A stretch of 63,288 nucleotides of DNA, counting the filler, from Octopus bimaculoides (Eukaryota), in the NCBI RefSeq assembly GCF_001194135.2. It is 4 parts of 4 records of this genome, joined end to end, with 100 filler letters (N's around TTAATTAATTAA, not from the genome) between each part and the next. Parts side by side here need not be neighbours in the genome. Positions count along the whole stretch, not along the records: positions 44,797 to 52,425 come from NW_026422666.1; positions 52,526 to 63,288 come from NC_068985.1; 2 more parts are not named here. The stretch is one strand, 5' to 3'. The notes under the pieces were generated by a model. It searched no databases. It saw only the letters and a program-made list of their open reading frames with translations, and was not told the origin of the DNA. Shown here piece after piece: positions 50,961 to 63,288 of this stretch (positions are counted from its first letter, which is position 1; each line of letters begins with the position of its first letter). A program made the position numbers and the translations under genes.

Positions 50961-52186
50961 CTGCATTTGTAGCAGCAGGACTGTGACAGATACAAGGGAA
51001 TTAATCCGTTGTTGATCCCATGTGAGTTTTATAAACACTTTATAGCCGTCGGAAACTGAAGAATACTAAAGTTTCCAAAAGAAATGCAAGGCTTTGACGT
51101 GCTGTCCTTTCTTTGCGAGGAGCGACCACCACCGCCGCAGAGACCCATTGATAGAGTTGGATTAAGAAATTCTTAGTGCGGGATTTGATGCTTGACAGTG
51201 AGTTGGGAGTAAAAGATATCAGTTACATTATGTCAGAGCCATTGTAACCATTTACTACACATGCACTATTGCATCCGCTTTCATTGTATTCAGTCATTAC
51301 GGTTATATTTTGTGTAAAAACTAAATACAGAGGTGAACGTGCAAGTTTCGTAGCAGTATTAATATAAATACCTGGATGAATAANNNNNNNNNNGACGTGC
51401 TGTCCTTTCTTTGCGAGGAGCGACCACCACCGCCGCAGAGACCCATTGATAGAGTTGGATTAAGAAATTCTTAGTGCGGGATTTGATGCTTGACAGTGAG
51501 TTGGGAGTAAAAGATATCAGTTACATTATGTCAGAGCCATTGTAACCATTTACTACACATGCACTATTGCATCCGCTTTCATTGTATTCAGTCATTACGG
51601 TTATATTTTGTGTAAAAACTAAATACAGAGGTGAACGTGCAAGTTTCGTAGCAGTATTAATATAAATACCTGGATGAATAATTATGTGCTTGCGTGTGTT
51701 CGTGTGAGCGGGCGGGGGGGGGGATACGATGTCTGAAATATTCAGGATTGAAGGTGATAATGGACGAGTTATTAGAATTGATCTATAAAAGACTGAAAGA
51801 AAAGAAATTTAAGAAATTTGAAGAGATGTAACTCGTCAGGAATTCTAACAAGGCGACCAATCCACTAACTTCTACAACAACTACTACTACTACTATTACC
51901 ATTACAACTGATAATAATTATTATAACGTTAATTAGCAGTAACGATAATGAACGAACGTTGATCAGATTCAAGACTCAGTAATTAACCTAATTAGAGTGT
52001 CATTAACTTGTGTAAATTGGCGTGTATAAATTAGATGGTATTTTACAAAATTGGATTATCTGAAAACTGTCGGTTAATTTTATACGTCAATCGCATTCAA
52101 CGTTGGTTGAGTTTCATATTATTTCCATCTCCCTCTCCCTCTCTCTCAATAACTCCCACATACATGCATACATCGCTTCTAGTGAC

Positions 52187-52233
<47 letters not shown>

Positions 52234-52671
52234 CATGTAACATATGTACCAGCATATATGTGCGTGGAGCAAGCACATGTGTACACAATGGAGATAACAC
52301 AGATCAATATATTCCAGTGGGGCAATATCGAACTTAGCGAATCGCCAGTCAAATATTCAACTGGAGCAGTACAGACATCACTCACTTCCATGAACACTCA
52401 TACATACAACACACATATATATATANNNNNNNNNNNNNNNNNNNNNNNNNNNNNNNNNNNNNNNNNNNNTTAATTAATTAANNNNNNNNNNNNNNNNNNN
52501 NNNNNNNNNNNNNNNNNNNNNNNNNACAGAAAATGTGGTGTGTATATGATGGGGAAAGAGAAAGAGAGATAACTGAATTTTTTTTTTTTTGTAATGAGTG
52601 AATGTATTTGTGATTGGCAGAGAAAGAGAGAGAGAGAGAGGGGGGTCATGTTTAACGTTACGGAATCGTAA

Positions 52672-53528
52672 CATATAATTGCCAACCAAGTGTGGCGTCG
52701 CATACTGGACAGTGTTACAGGCGTTTATAGCCCCAAGAAGACATCTCTTCCAGCTGAATAACGACACACATTCTGTGTCCGATAAGTATTTGCGGGGGAG
52801 GGGAGGTCATCATTCCTATCCCTAGCCTTATGTGATGCACACGGATTCGATTTTCTTGACGGTTACCCTTCCTCAGCGTGTGTTAATCACCGGCTAGTGA
52901 TGAAAATTCACCCCACTCCCGAAATACTATATGCTTTTTCCAGCGACAAACCGTCGTTTATTTCGAAAAAGGAAAATAGTTTATATTAAAACTCCGAGTA
53001 AGATGTAAACAGTAGCAATACGGAATCTTAAAATATAATTGCCAGCAAAGTGTGGCGTCCCACACTGGACAGAGCTACTGATGTTTATAGCCCCAGGAAA
53101 ACATCTTTGCCTCGAAAGCGACCTGCACACGGCAGCGGCCAAGCGTTGTATCGACCACTTTTTGTGGGCCCTCTGCTGAAGCTAGGTTATAGCGGCGCTC
53201 GTACTTGTAGAACCCCCGTGTTAGCAGGGGTGGAAGCCTGATGTTTGCTATGGCGTACTTCTCAAGGCGCTATAGCAACCGTCCACGGTAAAAAACGGGA
53301 CCAGCAACGTTCTACCGACTGTGCGCCTTAGACAATAGGATGGACAACACTAGCGTGTTACTATATGACGTAGAGCACTGTGAGACCACCGCTGCGGTGT
53401 CCTCCAGGAGAGATGACCTACCCTCGCAAAAAACTAATCGGACACAGAATGTGTGTCTTTTGCCAGCTGGAAGAGATGTCAGTGGCACTGTCCCGATTTT
53501 GACACCACACTTTGTTGGCGATTATATG
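52672..53528. mobile_element. Fold-back / MITE-like element with about 120-140-bp imperfect TIRs and an internal direct copy of the left arm
   Basis: 52672-52811 is the reverse complement of 53412-53528 (shared ATAAT(T/C)GCCAAC(C/A)AAGTGTGG, GACATCTCTTCCAGCTG and GACACACATTCTGTGTCCGAT). 52659-52748 recurs directly at 53019-53108. Confidence 0.7.
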
Positions 53529-53572
53529 TATATATATGTATATAGATATATATATATATGCATGTATATATG

Positions 53573-53629
<57 letters not shown>

Positions 53630-53874
53630 NNNNNNNNNNNNNNNNNNNNNNNNNNNNNNNNNNNNNNNNNNNNNNNNNNNNNNNNNNNNNNNNNNNNNNN
53701 NNNNNNNNNNNNNNNNNNNNNNNNNNNNNNNNNNNNNNNNNNNNNNNNNNNNNNNNNNNNNNNNNNNNNNNNNNNNNNNNNNNNNNNNNNNNNATATATA
53801 TGTATGTATGTATGTATGTATGTTTGTATGCATCGCTGTGTTATGTCTATAAAATTTATTCCTGAGTGCAAATC

Positions 53875-53907
<33 letters not shown>

Positions 53908-54276
53908 GTATGTGTGTGCGTATTTGCAATATATACTATATACAATGAAGAAACTGAGGTTATGCAACTGCACAAATATTAGAGAAAATATATAGGACGT
54001 AAGCAGGCTGAACCCCTATGACAATGTGTATATAGTTGGAGTGAATTAAAATTAATTCTGGCTAAATATCGGATTGTTAGAATGTGTTAGTCTTATAAGT
54101 AACATGTATTGCTTTTATTCAGAGCCTATTGCTCCTCTTTCGCGGTCATCATTCTGAATTATTGAAAATAAAATATCAATAAAAAATATTCCTAGATTTA
54201 ATAATTTTAAAAATATCCTAAATGTCAATCAATTCATAATAAACAAATCATTTCATTTCGTTTCTTCGTACTACAA

Positions 54277-55510
54277 TGATCGGATAGAACTTTCAGGGGT
54301 GTTGAAACAGTAGGAGAAAAACGGTGGTGTTTACATGCCCAAATGGCTTATCTTAGTCATGCTGATTGTAGAAATGCAATGATATTAATAATGATGTAAT
54401 GAATGTGAAAGAAAAAGAAAACATGTGTACTACTTTTTTTGATATCATTACAGGTGAGTAGTATTTATGCAATATATAGATTACACTTCTTTTGATGATA
54501 CTGGATTTTGATTGAAACTTACCAGTGCCACATATTTGATGATATGGGTAAATACAACACAAACGCCTACCGCTCTATGCAATTAATGGATATTGCACAA
54601 TCTCAGCAGGAACGCTCACAGATAACTACATATTCCAGTTCTCAACACATCATTAATCTTTATGAATTTTTCTCACGATATTCTTGAAAAAATAAAAACG
54701 ATGTCCCTCCAACGAAAATAGATGTAGCAACAATGATTACTACCGACACACTACGTATACGTACTAATCCGAAAGTGATAAAAATTTCGGATGAAAGATG
54801 TTATTTCGATGTGGTGACATTTATGACACAACAGCTACAATACATATGATTATATTTGACTCCAATGTAGACAAATTAGATTTGCTCGAAATAACTCCCA
54901 TTGTGGAGACACACAGAGACTCATGCACGTCTCCATCAAGAAATAATAAAATAGTTACTCAACATTCAGGCTGTGGTTACTTCACAGAGAAAGTGGGCCT
55001 AACGGAATAATGATCATTCATACACAAGAAAGTATTGAAACAGCACAAATATTTGGCCAAATGTGGATGTTAGAGAAAGCGTATTAAAATTCTTATAGAC
55101 TTGGCAGATAATTTCTTTGGGAATATTTGCTCAGACACAACACCGATACTAAACGAAAAAGAAGACTTCTATATAACAGTGTTGAAATGACGGTGTGCAA
55201 GAGTGCTCCCAATATGGATGCGATTACCAACATACTCTAAATTATTACATGGAAACCTTTTTGGTAATTACTCTTTCCTAACTACTTTTTCTTGAACAAA
55301 AGCTTAAACGCACTGTTGCATCTAATTTCTATGTTTGACTCAATTGCAAAGAATGGCCACTGGTTACACAACATTTAACCCGATATCTTTTGCAATCTAT
55401 GTAATCACAGAGAAATTTTCTTTGGCAGGAATGAAAAAGAAACTATTGATATCAAGAGTGAACTTCGTGCCTGCAGATACGTCTCTACGCTTTACATTGA
55501 AAAGAGGTAG
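54277..55510 (+). pseudogene. Intronless, decayed cGAS-like receptor (cGLR)/Mab-21 nucleotidyltransferase pseudogene (copy 1)
   Basis: Colinear motifs: YLSHADCRNA (54349), IITGE*Y (54444), LDFD*NLPVP (54501), NGYCTIS (54585), ATIHMII…LEITPIVE (54888), TE**SFIHKKVL (55002), KCGC*RKRIKILIDL (55059), TLNYYMETFL (55234), LNALLHLIS…HNI*PDI (55304-55387). These parallel cGAS LSRDDISTA / NTGSYY / EFD…LEVP / VDITLALE / WRLSFSH.EK / KCCRK.CLK and Mab21 LNNYHMKTL / LNGILLQLIS…PHYFLP. Confidence 0.75.
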
Positions 55511-56764
55511 TTTCAATTATGCCCAAATTTTAGCTGAAAATTAACAAATCTATTGATCTGCCATGTAACGGATGAAGTATTTTTGTCAAACCCTGTATGT
55601 TGTAATCGCTAAATGTAACTTAAAGTAGAAGAAGGAATAACAAATATTTAAAATCAATACTTAATGATGCAGTGGTTGTGTTATATCCTAAGGTTAATAA
55701 AAAAATTGGTCTTGGAGAACTTTTAGATTAAACGCAAATTTAATACATCTTTCAAGATACAGTATGAAATTGAATTGTTGCATACTGTAATCTACATCAT
55801 ATTAGGGGAATGTTGTAAATATTTTCTGTAAACTTCAATTTATACCATATTTTATAAGTACCACTGCAACCTGTGTTGTAATTTGAAACAATGCAAATAT
55901 TGTTGTACCATGCATTTTCGAAAATAATGTGAGATGTATATATTGAATCAAATCGAAATTTCCATAGCCTTATGAAATATTGTGTATTACACACAAGCAT
56001 GCAGCTGCATCATAAATGAAAATAAAATATTTCGTGCTAAAACTTGTATCATAGTGTAAAATGTAAAACTCGCTTATGTACTGCAATACTATGGAATATG
56101 TCTATAAAGACTTTAAATGTAACCTGTGTAATATGATAAATCATAAAGTGCTATTGAATATGGAGCGTGTTCTCTAATGTATAATACTCTGAAATGTGTT
56201 CGTAAATGTAGCACGCAGACATATTATTTACTTTAAATTATGTTATAAAATACAAAGTTTCGATGCTTATTGATAATGTGCGCGCTGTTTGGAATTTTCT
56301 AAGAAAATAGTTTGCGTTTATCAGTAAATGATACAAAATTACAATAGTTACAGTTTAATTTTTATCATTTTAACAATTATGCTTAAAAAGGTAAGTTGTT
56401 AAAGATATTATTCTATACGTCAAAACAACTGAGAAGAAGCGATTTTACAGGACACGGTTACTACGCACCCTAGAACACATCGAGAAAGCCGACGTTATGC
56501 CAAATATCCCGTGTAACACATACGTTTCAGTCTTTGCGATATCAGAAATAGACACGTTAATAACTGAAATTATCCTTCATGACATATCTCTCCACATTAC
56601 ACTCATAACAACAACAACATCGGGTCCCAAATCAACTGCAAAATCCAGCCATACCGTCCCTCTAGCTGGTGTGGCAACAAATTACGTATAACGCCTTCAA
56701 TATCCTGTTCACCTCTAAAGCTACTTAATACAAGTAGGCCAGCGCTTACCAAACCACTATCCTA

Positions 56765-56995
56765 TCTGCTGCAAAGAATACATTCATGCATTGCCCAGTT
56801 TCAAGATTTCTGCAGCCGATCTTTCGGGTCTTGTACGCAGTGTATTTCCACTAAGGATGTAGAATCATATTTTAATCGATTACTTAAATACAATGGCCCT
56901 GCAGGCTGCGAACACAATTGAAGCATCTTCGCCCTCATTTTCCACCTTGCAACCAGTTCCAATTTAGACGTCTGGGTAGATGTCCTCCGTCTGTA
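56765..56995 (-). mobile_element. Probable RTE 3' fragment
   Basis: Reads DGGHLPRRL…WKYTAYKTRKIGCRNL, resembling RTE D..LP.RLLYGEL…WE..A.DR..W. Confidence 0.45.
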
Positions 56996-57189
56996 TTTAT
57001 TTCTAACACACCAGTCTTACACCCACGCAGAAACACACATTAAATGCCGCGACCACCGATTTCTCTATTACACTGAAATATAGCCCGTGCGAACTTGTCC
57101 CCCGTATACACTAAATATAATATCTCATTTTGTACAGGGATATAACTGAACGTTTTGAGTAATCTTCAGTATGTCCAATTTACGAAACA

Positions 57190-58370
57190 TAGCTAGTCTG
57201 GACCAACCAAACATTGTCTTAATGCAAACATTAGGCAACTACCGAGTTGGTTGATAACTATAGGCCCTTGCTTGCCTAAACATTATGTACAAACTGGACA
57301 CAAGCTATATCGACCGATTACTCAATGATCATTGTGAACTCAACATAGTGAATGATGAACAAGCTCCTGGAAAGAAGTAAGTGTGGGGTTGTGCCGAACA
57401 TATTTTGATAAAAACTGTATTACCTACAGTACAAAAAGAACAAAACAAAACAAAACAAAACAAAAAATACAAAATAGAACATCGTAGGAAACTTGTAACA
57501 GTATGCTTGGTTATAGGAAGGCATTTGTCACTATTCCCCATTCAAGGCTGAAGTGTCTACATTTGACAAAAGTGCTATCTTAATTGCTGCCATTGAGAGG
57601 CTCACAAAGAACTGGGCAATAATTCTTACGCTTAGAACTGAGAACTGAACGATCGTCACCAATCTTATAAAAAATTCAAAAACAATATTCCACCAAGATC
57701 AACTTTCAGAAATTCTATTAATTTTGATAATAATCATCTCACTATGTCTCCTGTCTCCTGTCCCACACAAGGCATTCACAATATCGGTGATGCTGAGGAA
57801 AACATGTTATAGGAAGGTAGTGTGAATAAAGATAAAGGGAGGCAAACATATTATGCCAAACTTAGAAAAGTATGGCAGTCGGAATTCTATTGTTACAAGA
57901 CGATATCCCGCAGTGCATTTAGAGTACGAGTGTGTGATTCGAATATTCGGGATACTTCATTGGGCTGTGGATGAAATCTACACTACAGACATTAAAACGC
58001 GCAAGATACTGACATCAACTGGAAATCACCCCAGGAATAGATAGTGATAATGACAGGTTCTACCTAAGAGGCGATAAAGGAGGAAGTGGTTTAAGATCAA
58101 TGCAAACAATCTTCAACTGTTGTATAGGAAATAGAAATAGGAACAGAAATAGATACGTTAACTTACAACTGAAATGTGATGAGAACAATATCTTACGAGT
58201 CAGTAACGAACCCCTGAAGAAGCACATTCCTGATGACCTTCCATACAACTACAAAACAACCAGACTAACATACCTCAACGAAGACTTGAATGTTAAATGA
58301 TGACCATGCATAGGTATGTTTCTCGAAAACTTGAAGAAGACAATATTAATATGAAGCGAAGCCTCTTCTG
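57190..58370 (+). mobile_element. R4/Dong-type LINE RT-domain fragments, decayed and internally deleted
   Basis: NYRPLA…LNIMYKL…DHCELNIVNDEQAPGKK*VWGCAEHILI…YRKAFVTIPHS; later FGILHWAVDEIYTTDIKTRKILTSTGNHP…DRFYL..DKGG.GL. Confidence 0.85.
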
Positions 58371-59837
58371 CCCTGTCCAGTTCTATTTCTCTCCCTCTCT
58401 ATCTCTTTCATTATCACATGCAAGTGTACGATACCATCCGCATTCCATTTTCCCAGCTGTCTTCGAACACTGAAGATATATATTTGATGTCAGGACCTCC
58501 ATCATTACCTTCAGTTTCTTTTTCAATGTTTCGGCTGAAACTGAAAATATTCGATAATATCTCAAGCACATCTATCAACAGAGCCTCGTTCCCTGTAGCT
58601 ACCACACAAAAGGAAACTGTCTTCCCTATCCGATAACGACCCCCCCCCCCCAAAAAAAAGACCAAGTTTAACACGACGAAGATAAATGAGTAGAAGGATA
58701 GGAATATGGATTCTGAAGAAAAGTGATATGTGGTTCAGTGTAAGGACACAGCAGAATGTCGCAAATAGTAAAATACGAGTACTAAACAAGTAACTTAAAA
58801 TCTCATGCTAGATAGATAATGTTAATTGTTGTGGGAAATAGAAATTCATTTTATTGTAAGCAACCAACAATATTCACTACATAGTACCATGGTTGTTTTC
58901 GCTAAAAGGTGAAAATCAGCCAAGAGGGAGCAGACCAAGGTTGCAAAGAATGTTTATCACGATCAGGTGAATTTAAACATGGAAAAATATTCAAACAGAA
59001 AAAAATTCAATCAAATTCCCTCTGCTGAGCTACTTTTTAAAACTTTAGGTACCATGGAAAGTTATTTAATTTAGAACATATTTCGATTTATATATTTGCA
59101 TCGAACATTATTTTACTCTATATTCCCTGTATATCAAAGCTCTAAATCTGTTTCCATATGATAAACCGTATAGGGGATTGTTACATTGTAATATCATTAC
59201 CAATGTCCCTAATAGATTGGTAACGCATCTTTCCAGATTATGACAGATCAATGTGATTTAGAAGAAATATATTTTGCCCTAACCCGTATTTCCCCATGTT
59301 AAATTAACCTAAGACATAGATCAAAGGTATTCTGAAAACAATATTCTATTTTATCATTCTATTGATACTTCTCATCTGATAGCAACCAACGTCTTTCACT
59401 GAGTATTCGACTTTCAGTGGCTTAGAAGTCTAGTAACACAGGGTAATTTCGATTAGCAGTATCTTACATATAGATCTGGTGTAGCGATGAGAAAATGAAA
59501 GGGAAAACCTATTACAGAAAGAAAAGACTCATCGATGTATATATCTTATTTTAATTCATTTGAGAAATGGACACCTGAAATTCTGAACAATAACTATGAA
59601 CAATGCTTTAATAGGAACTATGGTACCTGAGACATAGCTATACCCTCAGCTGATATTTCTCTTCGTCATCCACCTTCTCCTGTTTTACCACTGTTTCGTT
59701 ATCGGCCAAATCTGATTTATTTCCGCTCCTCCTCCACATCATCATCATCATCATCATCACCAGTGCTACCCACTCCCAAACATCCACCTACACCCCCGCC
59801 ACCACGATCACCATCACCTCCACCATGACCAACCACT

Positions 59838-59882
<45 letters not shown>

Positions 59883-60879
59883 TTGTTTTTCTTCCTATGA
59901 AAATAATTGGTTACGAGTCACTGCTGACGGGCTCGCCTACATAATTTTATACTCAATAGCATATTATGCGTGAGAAACCGGACACGTCCAACGAACCCGG
60001 ACGTGTTTTGATCCATCAGACACTCGAGCACTCGAGCGGTATATCAATTTAAGCGACATAGGTTTATCATCGTTGGAGGGCCAATAACCTGTTGGAGTAA
60101 GCCTTAAGAAGAAATCCTAAATGGATCTACTAACGTTGCCGAAAGGTCTACATACCTGAAGCTGATAAAGAGAGTTAATATGAAGTGCATCTTTTTGAAT
60201 CATACCCGTGACACCTAGTTATCTACATTGAGGTGTCACCAACACAGGTTTCGATTACCTTCTTCTGGTTGCATGATCTGGAGTGGTGACAAGAAATAGC
60301 GGCAAAGATAGAATCTGAGACTGGTAAATCTTTCGACCGCAGTCACAGTTAGCGACTGCAACTGTAGACTTTATGTCAGAGGGCGTTTACTTTTCCTTAT
60401 CAAAGGAAACTATAAATGTATAGAAGTATATTTGGAATCCTAGGTCACCAAGTCTGTCGTCTCACAAAATGTAAACATACATACATACATACATACATAC
60501 ACACCGTCTGATGTTGCTTGCAGCTACATGTGTGAGCATACGGGATCTGCAGGCAACGAAGACCCAGTGCATCCTCAGGCAAAACCAGAATTGCATGAAA
60601 CAGAATCGCACAAAATGAAATAATCTCTGCTATGTTAACGAATACTCCTTTGCTGACAGTCAAACCTAAAATGACTTACGTACTGAACCACAAAAGAAAC
60701 GTCGCGCACATATTAAATAGAAGCTGGTTTCGCATTTGCCAGCTTTGGACGGATGTCATTTAGTCTTCTTTGGATCTCGTCCCACATTTGTCATATTATA
60801 TTATAATTTATTATATTATATAATATAATATAATATAATATTATATTATATTATATTATATTACATTATATTACTATAT

Positions 60880-61085
60880 TACATTAACGCGGCGTGCTAA
60901 CAGAATGGTTAGCACGCTGGTTGAAATGCTTAACGGTATTTAGTCTGCCGTTAGGTATTGAGTTTGAATTCCGCCGAGGTCGACTTTACCTTTCCTCATT
61001 TCGGCATCAAAAAAATTAGTACCAGTTACGTACTGGGGTCGATGTAATGGACTTAGTACCTTTCCCCAAAATTTGAGGCCTTGCC
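60880..61085 (+). mobile_element. SINE family D
   Basis: GCGGCGTGCTAACAGAATGGTTAGCACGC…GAATTCCGCCGAGGTCGACTTT…TACCAGTTACGTACTGGGGTCGATGTAAT. Confidence 0.85.
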
Positions 61086-61195
61086 TTTCCAGCAAAACGG
61101 ATTTATTTAAGTTGAATAAGTGTCATACACTTATATTTATCTTATTAGATATGTTTAATTTTGGGGACACTTTATTTCAATTAAAGAGTATTATA

Positions 61196-61242
<47 letters not shown>

Positions 61243-62189
61243 NNNNNNNNNNNNNNNNNNNNNNNNNNNNNNNNNNNNNNNNNNNNNNNNNNNNNNNNNN
61301 NNNNNNNNNNNNNNNNNNNNNNNNNNNNNNNNNNNNNNNNNNNNNNNNNNNNNNNNNNNNNNNNNNNNNNNNNNNNNNNNNNNNNNNNNNNNNNNNNNNN
61401 NNNNNNNNNNNNNNNNNNNNNNNNNNNNNNNNNNNNNNNNNNNNNNNNNNNNNNNNNNNNNNNNNNNNNNNNNNNNNNNNNNNNNNNNNNNNNNNNNNNN
61501 NNNNNNNNNNNNNNNNNNNNNNNNNNNNNNNNNNNNNNNNNNNNNNNNNNNNNNNNNNNNNNNNNNNNNNNNNNNNNNNNNNNNNNNNNNNNNNNNNNNN
61601 NNNNNNNNNNNNNNNNNNNNNNNNNNNNNNNNNNNNNNNNNNNNNNNNNNNNNNNNNNNNNNNNNNNNNNNNNNNNNNNNNNNNNNNNNNNNNNNNNNNN
61701 NNNNNNNNNNNNNNNNNNNNNNNNNNNNNNNNNNNNNNNNNNNNNNNNNNNNNNNNNNNNNNNNNNNNNNNNNNNNNNNNNNNNNNNNNNNNNNNNNNNN
61801 NNNNNNNNNNNNNNNNNNNNNNNNNNNNNNNNNNNNNNNNNNNNNNNNNNNNNNNNNNNNNNNNNNNNNNNNNNNNNNNNNNNNNNNNNNNNNNNNNNNN
61901 NNNNNNNNNNNNNNNNNNNNNNNNNNNNNNNNNNNNNNNNNATACATACATACATACATATCTGTTATCTTTTACACCAGATGCTGGGACCATGCCGCGG
62001 CACCGCCTTTACTGTATCCGGCGATTCTCCCAGTATTGCATCTGGTGAAGTGATTTGCCTTGCATTTGTTTCACAATGTTTTGGCCTTACCCACGATCTT
62101 CATACACAATGCTTCATAGTAATTATTTCATTTTCATACATACATACATACATACATACATATTCATACATATTCGTACATGCATACAT

Positions 62190-62335
62190 ACTTAGGAGTG
62201 GCTGTGTGGTAAGTAGCTTGCTTACAAACCACATGGTTCCGGGTTCAGTCCCACTGCGTGGCACCCTGGGCAAGTGTCTTCTACTATAGCGTCGGCTCGA
62301 CCAATGCCTTGTGAGTGGATTTGGTAAACGGAAAG
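62190..62335 (+). mobile_element. SINE family A 5' half (young-looking head)
   Basis: AGGAGTGGCTGTGTGGTAAGTAGCTTGCTTAC…GGTTCCGGGTTCAGTCCCACTGCGTGGCACC.TGGGCAAGTGTCTTCTACTATAG. A minus-strand tail remnant lies at about 61962-62040. Confidence 0.88.
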
Positions 62336-63288
62336 TGCCTTATTTTAAAACTTCCCCTGCTCCATTATAAAAGGTGTGCTAGTAGAGAAAACACCCGAAT
62401 CTATACTAGTTTGTCACTAAACCCAAAGAAATTTTATAGCTATATCATCCATGTATATTGTTTACCCATTTCCCTTTCCCTATAAAGGAAATGCTGGTGC
62501 CCTCTTAAGCTTTGAATCACTAGGTCTGATAAGATGAAACAAAAAAAAAAATCCAAATAAAATCAGTTACAGTTAAATATCTGCTTAGAATTCATTACTA
62601 GCCTGTATGATTTTTTTTTGTATTCTTCGTTTCTACTTGGAGAGTTTAAATGTAATTACAAAAATATGTCCTCCTGTTGAAATGAATTTCAGTAAATTTC
62701 TATATCTTTGTGCAGCGGAGGATTGCTCTGCATTAACTTTGGATATCCTTGTTGCTTATTTTGATGTCACCTTATTTTGGAATTGTATGGATAATACCAT
62801 ACTTAATTCTGTTGTCTAAACTTAAGTACCATATTCACCTTGAAAAAAAAAAAATATATATATATATATATATATGAACGTATATACATACATGTACATA
62901 TATATGCATATACTCATATATTGTTTGTATCACGGAAGAACGCACGCGTTACCTTTATACAGTAAGTTTTAACTATTTTTCTAACGCGACTCTCTCTATT
63001 TCTATCTCCCCCTCTCATTCTTCCCTCTACTGTTCTTCGCCTCTACCTGTCACTACTTCTCTAACTCTCTCTATCTCTTGTTACTCGTCCTCCGCCTTCC
63101 ACCGTTACTACTACTATATATCTCTCTCTCTCTACCTCTCGTTGCTCACTTTTATTCTACTTCCTCCCCTCCTTTTCCCTTTGCTACTCTTTCTCTTCAC
63201 ACAGCGTTGTTCACGTGTGTCCGGCTGCTATTTATTTTCGTTCTTGGAATCACCAAGCTCGCACGTACTTCTTTGCCCCTCCTGTACG

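Noticed and set aside
51096-51681. 288-bp perfect tandem duplication
   Set aside because: The copies are separated exactly by a 10-N gap, so this is almost certainly an assembly overlap artefact.
54450-54460. AG|GTGAGT splice-donor-like site inside cGLR copy 1
   Set aside because: The NTase motifs continue in frame immediately downstream, so an intron here would remove the catalytic loop. It is probably coincidental, though RNA-seq could test it.
58380-58680. Overlapping 60-86-aa ORFs on both strands
   Set aside because: No recognisable motifs in any frame; not supportable as an exon.

Overview
This is a gapped, AT-rich animal scaffold, not prokaryotic DNA. The SINE families and dense microsatellites look like octopod cephalopod (Octopus-type) DNA; this is inferred from repeat content only. 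I find no intact protein-coding gene, rRNA, genuine tRNA or CRISPR array. Almost all ORF-track entries are microsatellite, N-gap or transposon read-throughs. The window is dominated by about five tRNA-headed SINE families, fragments of R4/Dong-type restriction-like-endonuclease LINEs sitting in (TAA)n tracts, RTE fragments, one CR1-clade LINE, a Helitron 5' part, a hAT fragment, mariner-type MITEs and two long-TIR fold-back elements. The main result comes from manual translation across stops and frameshifts. An intronless, decayed cGAS-like receptor (cGLR)/Mab-21 nucleotidyltransferase gene lies at about 54277-55510 (+), and a probable second, more decayed copy lies at about 20700-21835 (-). 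Together they suggest the remnant of a local cGLR innate-immune gene family. Other notable items are a degenerate minimal hammerhead ribozyme in a Penelope-like repeat, twin perfect hairpins at an RTE 5' junction, and a CpG-rich candidate promoter/first exon at about 7.1 kb. All protein similarities are by-eye motif matches to reference sequences recalled from memory and need HMM/BLAST confirmation.
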